Shown one piece after another: positions 17,152 through 26,976 of a stretch of 64,000 nucleotides of DNA. The stretch's first letter is position 1. Each line of letters opens with the position of its first letter. The notes below the pieces were generated by a model. That model was not told the origin of the DNA, searched no databases, and saw nothing but the letters and a program-made list of their open reading frames with translations. Source of the stretch: Steroidobacteraceae bacterium. GTDB taxonomy: Bacteria > Pseudomonadota > Gammaproteobacteria > Steroidobacterales > Steroidobacteraceae. The position numbers and the translations under genes were made by a program. The stretch lies in the NCBI GenBank assembly GCA_035760885.1, contig DASTSB010000290.1, forward strand, positions 2,423 to 66,422, written 5' to 3'.

Positions 17152-18234
17152 TCAAACGTCCTCGTCGGCAGGTGTAATGAACCAGGCGCATCGCTTCGCT
17201 TCACTACTGAGTTCGTCTGTCAGAACTGCAAAGAACGGCCGATGTGAACGCCGTACGAATTGTGAGCGGCGCAAGGCACGCTGCGTTGATTCAGTAGCGA
17301 CTACCTCTAGACTGATCGCGCTCACACCTAATCTGCGTGCTGCCCTCGAGAGCAGAAGCAGTCCCGAACGCAGATCGCGGTCAGTTCCGGCATTGAGAAA
17401 GTCCCTAATCACAAGAAACGATTCTGTTCTTTCGCACACGAAATACACCAAGGGCACAAGGTCGTGCTTACGACTTACGAGGAAAGTGCGGTATGTGCGA
17501 CCAGGCTGCTCCTCAAATCGCCACGCCAGGAATTCTTGATTGCGAACGCCGAATGCCCGGCCAGCTTTCGCAACGCGACCCCAGATCGAATCGATGCGCG
17601 AATCGATTCGATCGCCCCACTCGCCCGACACGTTGCGCAGCGTTAACCGCAGTGAAATTGTGGCGGCGTCCAATGCATCAGTGAACCATGCCAAAGGCGC
17701 GGCAATTCCTGCTGGCACCTTGCGATGCAGATATGCACGCGACCGAATCACACGGACCCATCGTTGCATTTCGTGCTCGACGGTCACTTGGAGTCGCTTG
17801 CAGAGCGCCACCGCTTTTACGTCCGGGAGTCCATAAACCACGGACTTGGTTTTGAGCGCCCGTTCGCGGGCTCTGCGTTGCAGAGTCAGGGCTGGGAGAA
17901 CGGATCGATGGGACGGCTTCACAACGAAGTCGACTAGAACGCCAGCCTCGACTTCCCGCTCGTTCAGAATGAATCGTCTCGCGCCGATACCGAGAAATCC
18001 GACCGGTTCTGGCTGCGCATCGACAGTGAGCAGATTCAGATCCGCCAGTCCCTGAGGATTGCGCTGGTAGAACCATTCATACCGAGCACGATCGCGTGCC
18101 AGATCGCCAGCTCCGGCAAGACCTCCGTCGCGCCATAGCGCACAAACCTGCTCCGGGTCGGAATCATCGAAGGTGACCGAATAGGCCGCCGCCGAGACTC
18201 GCGCCGCCGGTGCTGATTCTGTTGCTGAGTTCAT
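17152..18234 (-). CDS. GNAT-fold N-acyltransferase (two-domain)
   Basis: YEWFYQRNPQG, LVDFVVKPSHRS, VYGLPD, RNQEFLAWRF, C-terminal W.ITPADED pattern. Start at ATG 18234 preferred. Confidence 0.7.
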   Translation of the reverse strand: MNSATESAPAARVSAAAYSVTFDDSDPEQVCALWRDGGLAGAGDLARDRARYEWFYQRNPQGLADLNLLTVDAQPEPVGFLGIGARRFILNEREVEAGVLVDFVVKPSHRSVLPALTLQRRARERALKTKSVVYGLPDVKAVALCKRLQVTVEHEMQRWVRVIRSRAYLHRKVPAGIAAPLAWFTDALDAATISLRLTLRNVSGEWGDRIDSRIDSIWGRVAKAGRAFGVRNQEFLAWRFEEQPGRTYRTFLVSRKHDLVPLVYFVCERTESFLVIRDFLNAGTDRDLRSGLLLLSRAARRLGVSAISLEVVATESTQRALRRSQFVRRSHRPFFAVLTDELSSEAKRCAWFITPADEDV

Positions 18235-18302
18235 GCGCCGCTGATGATTTAAACGCAGCAGTTTAGGGGCAAGCCATTGCGGCAATCGTGACCGGCCTCA
18301 CA

Positions 18303-19286
18303 TCAGCGGTTGTACGAGGAGTGCGAATCGAACGTTCGCATCTGCTCTCCGCTGTGGAGAAGGTAGCCAGGCAGGCGTGCAGACGAAAGCGCCGGTGAGT
18401 CCCCAGTGGCGAGTTGCAGTGCGACGTAGACGACCAGATCTGGACGGTCACCGGCGATGGAGTGCCCTGTCGATTTATCTAACAGCAGCAACACGCTTCC
18501 GCGGATGGCCGCATTGACGTTCGTGGCGGCTTTCGAATCGGCCGTTTGGTCCCCTGTCGACCAGATGATCACGGTCGGAGCGGTGATGCTCTCAAGTGCC
18601 TCAGACCACGCCGCGCCGTATCCAGAGGTAACCGACAGCGCCTGGCGCGCTCGACTGCCGGGAAATAGGACTCCGTAAAGGCCTGTAGAACTGATCCACT
18701 GCGCTGCTGAATGGGCTGGCCCGGGACGAATTAGTCTTCCGAACCAGCCCGGATATGTTAGAGATCCTGGAAAGCCGGAAGGCGCGAGAAGGCACAGTCC
18801 TGTCACTCTGTTGGGATAATGGCTAGCTATCCATGCGGCGAGAGATCCGCCCATCGAGGTTCCAACTAGCACGACCCGATTCAGGTGCAAGTGGTCCATG
18901 AGGGCGACTACTCGGGAGGACTGAGCACTCAGACTGAAATCGCTTTCCCGCCAGGAAGACTGCCCGTAACCCGGCAAGTCCATTCTCACCAATCGATATG
19001 GCGAGGACTGAAGACGAGTCCAAACTCCGTCCCACTGGCCAAGGTGTGAGTTGAAGCCGTGCAGAAACAATAGCGCTGTGTCACCCTCTCCAACTACTTG
19101 GTAGCGAATGGCGCCCGATGCGGTGGTGTACCACTGTTGAGCGGCAACATTGGGCACTGCATAAGCCGACGGCATCACGCGATTGATGAACACCATTGAG
19201 GCGATTGCGAGAATCGCGATCACAGCCACACATGCGAGTAACAGCAGTGAAGGGCGAAAGAGGTGCACAGGCACCAAAGATAGCAT
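18303..19286 (-). CDS. Membrane-anchored alpha/beta hydrolase
   Basis: N-terminal hydrophobic helix, FLHGF, DLPGYGQS, GTSMGG, WSTGD, GH. Confidence 0.88.
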   Translation of the reverse strand: MLSLVPVHLFRPSLLLLACVAVIAILAIASMVFINRVMPSAYAVPNVAAQQWYTTASGAIRYQVVGEGDTALLFLHGFNSHLGQWDGVWTRLQSSPYRLVRMDLPGYGQSSWRESDFSLSAQSSRVVALMDHLHLNRVVLVGTSMGGSLAAWIASHYPNRVTGLCLLAPSGFPGSLTYPGWFGRLIRPGPAHSAAQWISSTGLYGVLFPGSRARQALSVTSGYGAAWSEALESITAPTVIIWSTGDQTADSKAATNVNAAIRGSVLLLLDKSTGHSIAGDRPDLVVYVALQLATGDSPALSSARLPGYLLHSGEQMRTFDSHSSYNR

Positions 19287-19356
19287 GCAAACTCGCCGCC
19301 CTCACGAGGACGCATCAGCATAAGGCCAGCCGCTCTGCACACATTCTGCGACAACA

Positions 19357-20532
19357 GTGAACACACGTAGCTTACGAGTCGAGGAAGTAACAGAGCTGCT
19401 GGAGTTCAGGCAGCTTAGGCCCTTCTGGGACGACCTGTTCGACAACTCTGTCGAATCCTTCCCGATGTTGAGCCACGCATGGGTCAGCGCGTGGTGGGAA
19501 GCCTTCGGAAACGAATTCGACTGTCGAGTGCTTCTAGTGTGGAATGGCGCAGCGCTCGTGGCCGCAGCTCCGTTGGCCTTCGCCCCCGCACGCTTGTTCG
19601 GTCAGCAACTGAGAACGGTATCGCTGTTCTCGAATACGTGGGTCGACCGAAACAATTTCCTACTTCGATCTGTCGACCCCGTTCCCGTCCGGGCAATGTT
19701 CGAGCACATCTGCAGAGCGACCGAGTTCGACGTGATCGATCTCTATCCACTCGAAGACGCAAGTGCAGTAACCGCACTAGTTATGAGCTGCGCCCGAGAG
19801 GCGAATCTGAAGCTCGGAATCGATGCGAACTTGAGATCGCCCTATCTAAAATCCCCGGCCAGTTGGGATGATTTGCTGGAAACCCTCTCGCCGTCGTTCC
19901 GGCAGACGGTGCGGCGAAAGATTCGCAAGGTCGAGGGCATGAAGAACGTTTCGATGCGGATCGTGGAAGACGCGCGCTGCTTTTCTTCCATCGAAACGAT
20001 ATCGACCGAGTCCTGGCAGCACGAAAACGGCACTTCGATGGTGTCGGATCCGCGCATAGCTCGGTTCTATCGCAGCATCATCGAAGACGCCGCCCAGCAC
20101 GGAACGCTGCGTTGCGCAATCATGGAAATCGATGGCCAACCTGCCGCTTTCGAGTTCAATCTGCAACACGGCGCAACGCTGCACAACTTCAAGCTAGGAT
20201 TTCGGCAGAAATACAGCGAGCTGTCCACCGGGATCGTGCTAAAGGCCTTCATCTTTCGACAAGCGCTTGGGCAATCTCCCGCGCAATTCGCCGAATACGA
20301 CTTCATGGGAACCGCCGAACCGTACAAGTTGAACTGGACCAAAGCCATACGGAATCACAGCCATTACTATTTGTTCGCCCCAACGCTCCGTATGGCATCG
20401 ACGCATTGGGCGTACTTCCGTTTCAAACCGTGGATTCGCGAAGTACCCTTGGCCAGAACGATGAAGAACAATATTTCGACTGTGTTTCGCGGGAGCAATC
20501 GATGGGCGTCCAAGAACGAATCAGCTTCTTAA
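19357..20532 (+). CDS. GNAT acyltransferase, CelD/BcsL-like (Acetyltransf_6)
   Basis: LRPFWDDL, SHAWVSAWWEAFG, SWDDLLETLS..FRQTVRRK, GF..KYSELSTG, YDFMGTAEPYKLNW. Confidence 0.82.
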   Translation: MNTRSLRVEEVTELLEFRQLRPFWDDLFDNSVESFPMLSHAWVSAWWEAFGNEFDCRVLLVWNGAALVAAAPLAFAPARLFGQQLRTVSLFSNTWVDRNNFLLRSVDPVPVRAMFEHICRATEFDVIDLYPLEDASAVTALVMSCAREANLKLGIDANLRSPYLKSPASWDDLLETLSPSFRQTVRRKIRKVEGMKNVSMRIVEDARCFSSIETISTESWQHENGTSMVSDPRIARFYRSIIEDAAQHGTLRCAIMEIDGQPAAFEFNLQHGATLHNFKLGFRQKYSELSTGIVLKAFIFRQALGQSPAQFAEYDFMGTAEPYKLNWTKAIRNHSHYYLFAPTLRMASTHWAYFRFKPWIREVPLARTMKNNISTVFRGSNRWASKNESAS

Positions 20533-21161
20533 CAGAAACGCTTAAGAGCCAAGGGATCGTCGAGACGGTTCGCGTTGGCTGGTGCGGCCTGCGCTACAAG
20601 GGCGAATCGCGCAAGATATTGTTCGCGATTGCCAAACCGCAGCCTCTACCTGATGCACTGAAAGCATCCGAAAACCACGTTTTCAAGTTCGCATCGCCCG
20701 AGGACCTAGCAGCCCTAGCGCCGGATCCTGCAAATTCGATCGCGGCGATCGACATCGAACGCGTCCGTAATGGAATAGCACGATGCATGCTGCAAATGGA
20801 CGGCGAAACACTCGTAGGCTACGCATGGATTTGGACCAATCGCCTTGCGTACATCGAAGACGGCGTACATCTGAACCTGCCCAACGACACCATCTATAAC
20901 TACAAAGGCTATACAAATCCCAAATACCGCGGAAAGAGCTTCCAAGCGCTCCGGCACTTAAACCTATTGAAGTTGACCGCCCCGGAAGGCGTAAAGCGTC
21001 TCTTCGGTTTCGTCGATCAGTTCAATTCAAAATCACTGAAGGGGGTACGCAAGAGCGGATACGTCCCCGTGGGCGAACTGCGCATCAAGCACAAGAACGG
21101 AAGGGTTCGACTTACGATCGACGTTCAAGAAGACTTTTGGTCCACTGAGGCGCGAACGTAA
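20502..21161 (+). CDS. GNAT-family N-acyltransferase
   Basis: From ATG 20502 (GGAG upstream). LVGYAW, YTNPKYRGK acetyl-CoA-binding motif, N.KSLKG..KSGY. Confidence 0.75.
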   Translation: MGVQERISFLTETLKSQGIVETVRVGWCGLRYKGESRKILFAIAKPQPLPDALKASENHVFKFASPEDLAALAPDPANSIAAIDIERVRNGIARCMLQMDGETLVGYAWIWTNRLAYIEDGVHLNLPNDTIYNYKGYTNPKYRGKSFQALRHLNLLKLTAPEGVKRLFGFVDQFNSKSLKGVRKSGYVPVGELRIKHKNGRVRLTIDVQEDFWSTEART

Positions 21162-21197
21162 TCGATCGCGGCCAGCGGACACGTCGCAAGCGGTCCC

Positions 21198-22037
21198 TCA
21201 TCCTCTCAAGAAGATCGTTCCATATCGGTAGGATTTTTGCGCTGAGAACGGAAAATAAGGTTCGTTACCATAGTAGAAGTCCCACCAGTTCTCAGGGATG
21301 TGACGTCGCGAATAGTCGTAGATTTGTCGATTTTTGAATCGCAACGGACGCAGATTTGCGGCACGCGTGAGTTCGACTCGCATGTCTAGTTCCATGCCAT
21401 CAAGGAATAGGACGGAGCGCGGCTTGAGGTAGCGCACGACATTGCGAAAGGCGCTGCGGGCGATCTCGGGTGGCATATGGAACAGAACGTTTTGCGCGAC
21501 GACGATATCTGAGGGCTCGAACTGCTGATCCAGTTTTGGACTCAACATATCGGCTTGGACGAACCGAACGCGCGAGCGAATCGCCGGCTTGACGACATAC
21601 TGATCACCCTCCCTATCGAAGGTTTGATCTAGAAACTCCTGCGGTACCGGCAGACCCTGCGTGATCTCTTGCAGCGAATACGTTCCCGAATTGGCCTTGT
21701 CCACCATCGATTGATGCAAGTCGGACGCCTTTATCGAAAACTGTAACTCCGGGCGGCGCGATGACAACACCGATGCAATGGTGTACGCCTCTGATCCATT
21801 TGACCCTGCGAAAACGTTGATCGTCAGTGCGCCCGCGGGTGGCAATGCGAGATGATCCAGCACCGGGCCGGTTAGCGCCTCTAACTGCAGAGGAGATCGA
21901 TAGAAGCTGGTGTAGGTATGAGAATCGCTGCGTTTGGACGTACTCAAAAGCTCGCGATGCTTGCGCCGGCCCTGCGGGACGAGCAACAGCCCATAGTACA
22001 AATTGGAACGCACGAATTTGTAGAGAGTGTTAGACAT
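21198..22037 (-). CDS. CheR-like SAM-dependent methyltransferase (catalytic domain only)
   Basis: TSFYR, AGSNGSEAYTIA, ASDL, A.SGTY, VRFVQADML, DIVVAQNVLFH. Lacks the CheR N-terminal helical domain. Confidence 0.8.
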   Translation of the reverse strand: MSNTLYKFVRSNLYYGLLLVPQGRRKHRELLSTSKRSDSHTYTSFYRSPLQLEALTGPVLDHLALPPAGALTINVFAGSNGSEAYTIASVLSSRRPELQFSIKASDLHQSMVDKANSGTYSLQEITQGLPVPQEFLDQTFDREGDQYVVKPAIRSRVRFVQADMLSPKLDQQFEPSDIVVAQNVLFHMPPEIARSAFRNVVRYLKPRSVLFLDGMELDMRVELTRAANLRPLRFKNRQIYDYSRRHIPENWWDFYYGNEPYFPFSAQKSYRYGTIFLRG

Positions 22038-22078
22038 GCGCTACCACGAACGATTAGGAACTCAAGGCTGGATCAATG

Positions 22079-22510
22079 CTAGAAGAGTTCGACGCAAGCT
22101 GTTCCAGAGGCAACAAGCTGATCGTCATCATTGACGATGCGTAGCTCACAGCCAATGCGCTGCCGACCATCCTCCAACTCTAAACTGAGCGCTCTTCCTT
22201 GACATCGCAGCCGACGACCGGGCGTCGCGCTACTGACCACCTTCCATGTCAGCTCGCGGATTTCACCACGTTCCGCCAACCAGTTCGTCAATGCACGCGC
22301 CAGAAAATTACCAATCAGCGCGCGCTGCACGACGACATCAGGAAGGCCCTCTGAGACGGCCGCATCCTTGCTGTAGTGGACATGGTGTCGATTCCATGTG
22401 ACCGCACTGAACATGAAGATCTGCATCGCATCGGGCACGACATCCATTGCAGGAAGTTCAATCGGCACGCCGGTTTCGCCGAGCAACGAGTGAGGAGCGC
22501 TCATGATCAC
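22079..22510 (-). CDS. MaoC-family hot-dog dehydratase, catalytic-type subunit
   Basis: FSAVTWNRHHVHY..A..EGLPDVVVQ hydratase-2-like motif. Confidence 0.8.
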   Translation of the reverse strand: MIMSAPHSLLGETGVPIELPAMDVVPDAMQIFMFSAVTWNRHHVHYSKDAAVSEGLPDVVVQRALIGNFLARALTNWLAERGEIRELTWKVVSSATPGRRLRCQGRALSLELEDGRQRIGCELRIVNDDDQLVASGTACVELF

Positions 22511-22989
22511 GGTCGCTTGATGTATGTCGCCGTCTCTGATGCGACGAGCTGTCCCGTTGCATCGGCGAACTCCGTCAGCACCACTACCATATACAAGATG
22601 CTGCTCTTACCTTGTTTGGCGTACACGTCCTTCAGCTGCGACGTTACGGTGATGGTCTCGCCTGCGCGCACTAGTCGCCGGATCGAATACTCGCTGCTAC
22701 CGCCCACAGCGCGCTGTGCCGGAATAGGCACGTTCAGTTCCGCCGGCGATCCATCTGCCCCGATTTGCTCGCGCGGCAACTCGTCGTAAGTTAGCGTCTG
22801 ACAAAACAATGGCGGAGCAACGATGGTGCCGTACCGCGACTTTGCGGCGTACGCCTCGTCAAAATGCAGCGGATTGGTTTCTCCAATCGCCTGTGCAAAG
22901 CGACTGATATCACGAGCCGTCACCAAGACGCGACGGGTCTTCTTCACTCCGATGAGCTCGCAAACTTGCTGGGGAATATCCAGACTCAT
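22507..22989 (-). CDS. MaoC dehydratase N-terminal-type (HadA-like) hot-dog subunit
   Basis: ISRFAQAIGETNPLHFDEAYA..IVAPPLF, GSSEYSIRRLVRAGETI. Confidence 0.82.
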   Translation of the reverse strand: MSLDIPQQVCELIGVKKTRRVLVTARDISRFAQAIGETNPLHFDEAYAAKSRYGTIVAPPLFCQTLTYDELPREQIGADGSPAELNVPIPAQRAVGGSSEYSIRRLVRAGETITVTSQLKDVYAKQGKSSILYMVVVLTEFADATGQLVASETATYIKRP

Positions 22990-22997
22990 GACGTCAG

Positions 22998-24470
22998 CTA
23001 CGCTTTCAACCGGTAGTACTCAACACCGAAATCTTGGAAGTCGGCTCCGGTTTCGCGACCGATCTTTTGGATGCAAAACCCTTTCGCCGCACCCAACGGA
23101 AGATCGGCCACCTGTTTACCGTCGTGTAGCGCCTCATACTGCGACTGAGTCAGATCGATCGCGCCAGCAAGTGCGGCATCGATATTGATGCGTGCCGCCG
23201 CGCGATCCCAACCGGCGACGAGTGTTGCTGCGATAGCCTCGGACGCATCGCCGCTGCCATATCCGATCATCAAGATCTCTTTGCTTGCGAGCGACTCCGG
23301 ATGCGCGGCCGCTTCATGAAGCCCTGCCGCAACCCACGCAGGCAATGCGCCGCAATAGAGATTTCCCAATTCCATAGCTACCGAGGCGCCCAGCTTCAAT
23401 TTACCTTCGATGACATCGCTGTATGCCGCCGTTTTACGCAGCGGTTTGATCAGCTGTGCAGTCAATGGATATGCTTCCTCAGCCAAGTCTCCTTGCAATG
23501 CACGCCCGAGCAAATCCGGCGACACTGACATTTCGTTCAAGACATCCTGCAGCGAAACGCCCGCCTCCTGAGCCAACCGGCCCAGCTCATCTAATCCTTG
23601 GTCTTTATCTGCGCCTAACGCGAATAGGTATGCATAGGTCCACGCCGCGACTGGCATGCGGTGATATGGCCGGTGCATGAAGACCGCGGCAAGGTTGCGA
23701 ATGTATTGAAGGCGATTGGTCGATTGGCGCCCGAAGAACGCGGACAGTGAGCAAAGCGTCTCATCGATGTAGCATGCAGTCGAATACTTACCATTGAATA
23801 TTGGGAAATCGCGCGGACGTCCGTCGTCCAACACCGTCTGAGAACAGAACCGCAGAAATGGTTTGCGAAAATCAACTGCTCGGTAGCTAGTCGCGCTACC
23901 GGCTTTCCGTACATCGATCTCCATGATCTTCGGCGAATGCTCGAGCAACATAGCCACCGCGCCGGCACCTTGCGTTGCTTCGCCCGTGCTGCCGCGAGAA
24001 TACTCTGCGATGTCGCCTGCAATCACGATCGCTTTTCTATTCGCACCGTCAACGGCCAGGTAGCGCAGAGCTCCCTTGATGCCGTACACGCCCCCCAAGC
24101 AAGCTTGTTTAAATTCTGGCGCTTCGATATCGCGCGCCAGGGGTTGTTTGCCTGAAGCTCGTAATGCTTCGTCGATCAACCCACGTACCACAACGGCGGC
24201 CGAGGTCGCGTTGTCCGTACCTGACTCTGTTCCAACGGCAAGATAACCGATTGACTGCGGATCGATCGCGTAGTCTTCGATCAGACGCAGTGCGGCGTTG
24301 GCAGCCATCGTGTAGACGCTGTGGTCGGGACCCACGACGCGAAAGCTATTGCCGATCACCGCACGCGTTTTGTCCCACGAATTACCGGTCCAGGTGCACC
24401 AGTCTCGAAGCTGGACACGATAGGGTGGAACGAAAAGCGAGAACCCGCTGATACCAACTGACTCGTTCAT
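22998..24470 (-). CDS. Hydroxymethylglutaryl-CoA synthase family protein
   Basis: GTESGTDN (Glu), KQACLGG (Cys), DIAEY..GEATQGAGAVAM, DFRKP, NGKYS..CY, HRPY (His), GNLYCG, GYGSG. Start at ATG 24470. Confidence 0.9.
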   Translation of the reverse strand: MNESVGISGFSLFVPPYRVQLRDWCTWTGNSWDKTRAVIGNSFRVVGPDHSVYTMAANAALRLIEDYAIDPQSIGYLAVGTESGTDNATSAAVVVRGLIDEALRASGKQPLARDIEAPEFKQACLGGVYGIKGALRYLAVDGANRKAIVIAGDIAEYSRGSTGEATQGAGAVAMLLEHSPKIMEIDVRKAGSATSYRAVDFRKPFLRFCSQTVLDDGRPRDFPIFNGKYSTACYIDETLCSLSAFFGRQSTNRLQYIRNLAAVFMHRPYHRMPVAAWTYAYLFALGADKDQGLDELGRLAQEAGVSLQDVLNEMSVSPDLLGRALQGDLAEEAYPLTAQLIKPLRKTAAYSDVIEGKLKLGASVAMELGNLYCGALPAWVAAGLHEAAAHPESLASKEILMIGYGSGDASEAIAATLVAGWDRAAARINIDAALAGAIDLTQSQYEALHDGKQVADLPLGAAKGFCIQKIGRETGADFQDFGVEYYRLKA

Positions 24471-24481
24471 GACTGCCCCGC

Positions 24482-25633
24482 TTAGATCTTTGTTTCTGCT
24501 TCGTCGTGCTCTTTGCAATTAGATTCAACCAGATCTCTACGCCGAAATCGATCGTACGCCCGATACAACCAGGCGAGTGGTGCGCGTATGGCCTGTATTG
24601 TCACCACCTCGGTCTTCTGAGTTAGAAAATCTCGCTTGTACTGGCGCGACCTCCCTTCCCCCGCAAGAAAGTCGAATGTCTTGATCCCATCGCGGCACGC
24701 CTGCTCGATGCTGTAGCCGAAGTGAAGGTAGGCAGGCGATATGCCGCTAGTACGCCCCGCATCGAAACCCGACTGAATGTTGTACTCCGCCTCACCGGCA
24801 CGTACGTTGTACATTACGGAAAGCGGCGCGCCATCACTGTAGAGCGTCGTCATTTGCAGTGCACCTTGCCTGGCCATCGCTGACGCGTAGTCCAAATGAA
24901 AGCGACGACGTAGGTTCTGATAATGCGCCCCACCCCAGCGAGTCGAGTGATAGCGATCGAGCTGATCCAAGAAGTCGCCCACTCCGCTCTCATCGGCGAG
25001 CCCAATGCGTGGAGAAACAAGTCGGGACCTCTGGTTCCAAAGCTTTCGCCGCGTCCCGCCGTTCAGAGCCCGCACGTAGCCGGCGAAGTCCCCATCCAAA
25101 CGAGTAACGTGAGCTTCAAGAGGATCGGTTTGGCGAACATACGTTCGGTCGCCAAGTAAGCTGCATACGCGTGCTGCTGCGCTCGTCGGCTTGATGTTGC
25201 TGATTACCAAATCAACCCACTGCGCGGCCGGAAGAATTCGTGTGGCCAGTTCTCGAATAAGTGCGTCGCGGTGGGACTCGGCAAGTATGAGATCTAGATA
25301 CTCCGAGAATACTCCTCCCTCCCGCCGCCATAGGCTTCCAATTAGTTCGAGGCGAGCACCTGAGAATCCGCCGCGATGTTTTGCAGCATGGAGATAAAAC
25401 GGAGCGAGACCGACCAATTGTCCGTCTGCAGACCTGAGGGCCCACACGCTGAGCGTTGCGTTGAGTTCGGGCGCGTGATGTTTCCACCACCTCCATTGCC
25501 AGTCCCATGACATGAACAAGGGGTCCGCATTTGACCGAGCAATGAGGGACTGCCATTCGTCCCTGGAGTGTCGGAACGCTTCCTCGCTCCACAACTGCGT
25601 TTCAAACAGCGGCTGCTGGTTAGTTACTGTCAT
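24482..25633 (-). CDS. GNAT acyltransferase, CelD/BcsL-like (Acetyltransf_6)
   Basis: EWQSLIARS.ADPLFMSWDW, LVGLAPF, SEYLD, QSGFD, SPAYLH, FDFLAGEG..YK. Confidence 0.82.
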   Translation of the reverse strand: MTVTNQQPLFETQLWSEEAFRHSRDEWQSLIARSNADPLFMSWDWQWRWWKHHAPELNATLSVWALRSADGQLVGLAPFYLHAAKHRGGFSGARLELIGSLWRREGGVFSEYLDLILAESHRDALIRELATRILPAAQWVDLVISNIKPTSAAARVCSLLGDRTYVRQTDPLEAHVTRLDGDFAGYVRALNGGTRRKLWNQRSRLVSPRIGLADESGVGDFLDQLDRYHSTRWGGAHYQNLRRRFHLDYASAMARQGALQMTTLYSDGAPLSVMYNVRAGEAEYNIQSGFDAGRTSGISPAYLHFGYSIEQACRDGIKTFDFLAGEGRSRQYKRDFLTQKTEVVTIQAIRAPLAWLYRAYDRFRRRDLVESNCKEHDEAETKI

Positions 25634-25923
25634 GCCGACGTGGAGTGCGGTGACACCGCAATGAGCTTCACTCTTGGTAAGGATACACGTCCACAGGCAG
25701 CACGGGCGTGCAGCATGCCTATTTTCCGACTACCGGATCGATCGCAATCTGCGTCACGCCGCCCAGTGCCGGTCCCCTTTACATTCTTGTGGCTCCGGAC
25801 GGCAATCAACGCCTCAAATACATGCAAACGCGCCACGGGACATCGCCGCACTCAAAGAAGCAGTCTTTCTTCCCGAGGACACTTAGCAATGTGGGCCCCG
25901 GCAGATCGGAGGCGAAGCGAACC

Positions 25924-26976
25924 TCAACCAACTGCGCTCGCGTTCGCAGCCTTGCGAAACATCGGAATCCGTTTCAATTGCGCATCGAGTCTCTTTGAGA
26001 GTCTTTGGTCCACGAGCAGGACAACAGCCCAAGCGATCGCACTCACCACCGCGATGCTAACGAATAGCGCGCCAACACTGCCTATTGAGTCCGAAAGGTG
26101 TGCAAAAACAAGTTTGCCGAGGCGATTGTGGATCAAATAAAGGGGATAGGTGATTGCAGCCGCAGATATCACGTATCTGGGCAACAAGCTCGACAAATCC
26201 ACGAAACAGCCCATCGCGAAAGTCGCAAAAAAGAGTGCGCACAGCACGCGTACGATCACGAAGTCGATTTGCTGTGCGGTGAACAGACATCCCGCGGCTT
26301 GCTCGTCTACTTGCTGGAGCGTGAACAAGAAACACGCCGACAGACAGATCAACCGCGGCCAGGTGGGCCCACGATGACGTACGAGGAAGAAAAACGCACC
26401 GGCAATGAAATAGAAGCCGTACGGGTATAAAACCAGGGAGCGTATGCCGGGAATCCCTTTGAAGAAGTACGCGACGACCGCGAGCAGGAACCACGCGATC
26501 AGCCAAGCTTCGATGCGGCGCATCTGATCGAACAGAAGCAGCGCAAATACTAGGACGTAAAACTTCAATTCGAGCTGAAGCGTCCAATAGACACCATCGA
26601 TGTAGTCGGTACCGAGATAGCCTCCGACCATCGTGGCGTTTTTCACGATCTGCGCCGCTGTAAATTGCGTCTGCGACAGCAGCAGAACGCCAATGACGGT
26701 GATGAACAACGCCGCCCAAAAAGTCGGATACAACCTGACGAACCGAGAACGAGCGAAGTCACCCGGGCCTCTGTCGAGAGCCGTCCACAGAATGACAAAC
26801 CCACTAATCATGAAAAAGAGGTTGACGCCCAAATATCCGTACTTGGTTACGTGTTCGAGCATCGGGAACAACGGAATGTTCACGTCCCCAAGTCGACGGT
26901 ACGAGAAGTGATAGAGCATCACCGCAACCGCGGCGAAGAAACGAAGCAGGTCCAAATCTTTGGCGCGCGCTTTCAA
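25924..26976 (-). CDS. Acyltransferase family 3 membrane O-acyltransferase
   Basis: LDLLRFFAAVAVMLYH, GVNLFFMISGFVI, RFVRLYP, DGVYWTLQLELKFY, TYPLYLIH. Confidence 0.92.
   Translation of the reverse strand: MKARAKDLDLLRFFAAVAVMLYHFSYRRLGDVNIPLFPMLEHVTKYGYLGVNLFFMISGFVILWTALDRGPGDFARSRFVRLYPTFWAALFITVIGVLLLSQTQFTAAQIVKNATMVGGYLGTDYIDGVYWTLQLELKFYVLVFALLLFDQMRRIEAWLIAWFLLAVVAYFFKGIPGIRSLVLYPYGFYFIAGAFFFLVRHRGPTWPRLICLSACFLFTLQQVDEQAAGCLFTAQQIDFVIVRVLCALFFATFAMGCFVDLSSLLPRYVISAAAITYPLYLIHNRLGKLVFAHLSDSIGSVGALFVSIAVVSAIAWAVVLLVDQRLSKRLDAQLKRIPMFRKAANASAVG

Noticed and set aside
20112-20501. N-terminal 130 aa of the 349-aa ORF, or a programmed frameshift between the two GNATs
   Set aside because: It overlaps the upstream GNAT in another frame. 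ATG 20502 with a GGAG RBS explains the second gene.
22998-24470. Mevalonate pathway operon or PKS cluster
   Set aside because: No HMG-CoA reductase, kinases or ketosynthase in the window.
25634-25923. Small ORF or RiPP precursor between AT3 and GNAT (AsnB and ATP-grasp can be RiPP enzymes)
   Set aside because: No credible precursor motif, lasso peptidase or RRE protein. Both AsnBs retain the full glutaminase domain typical of EPS amidotransferases.
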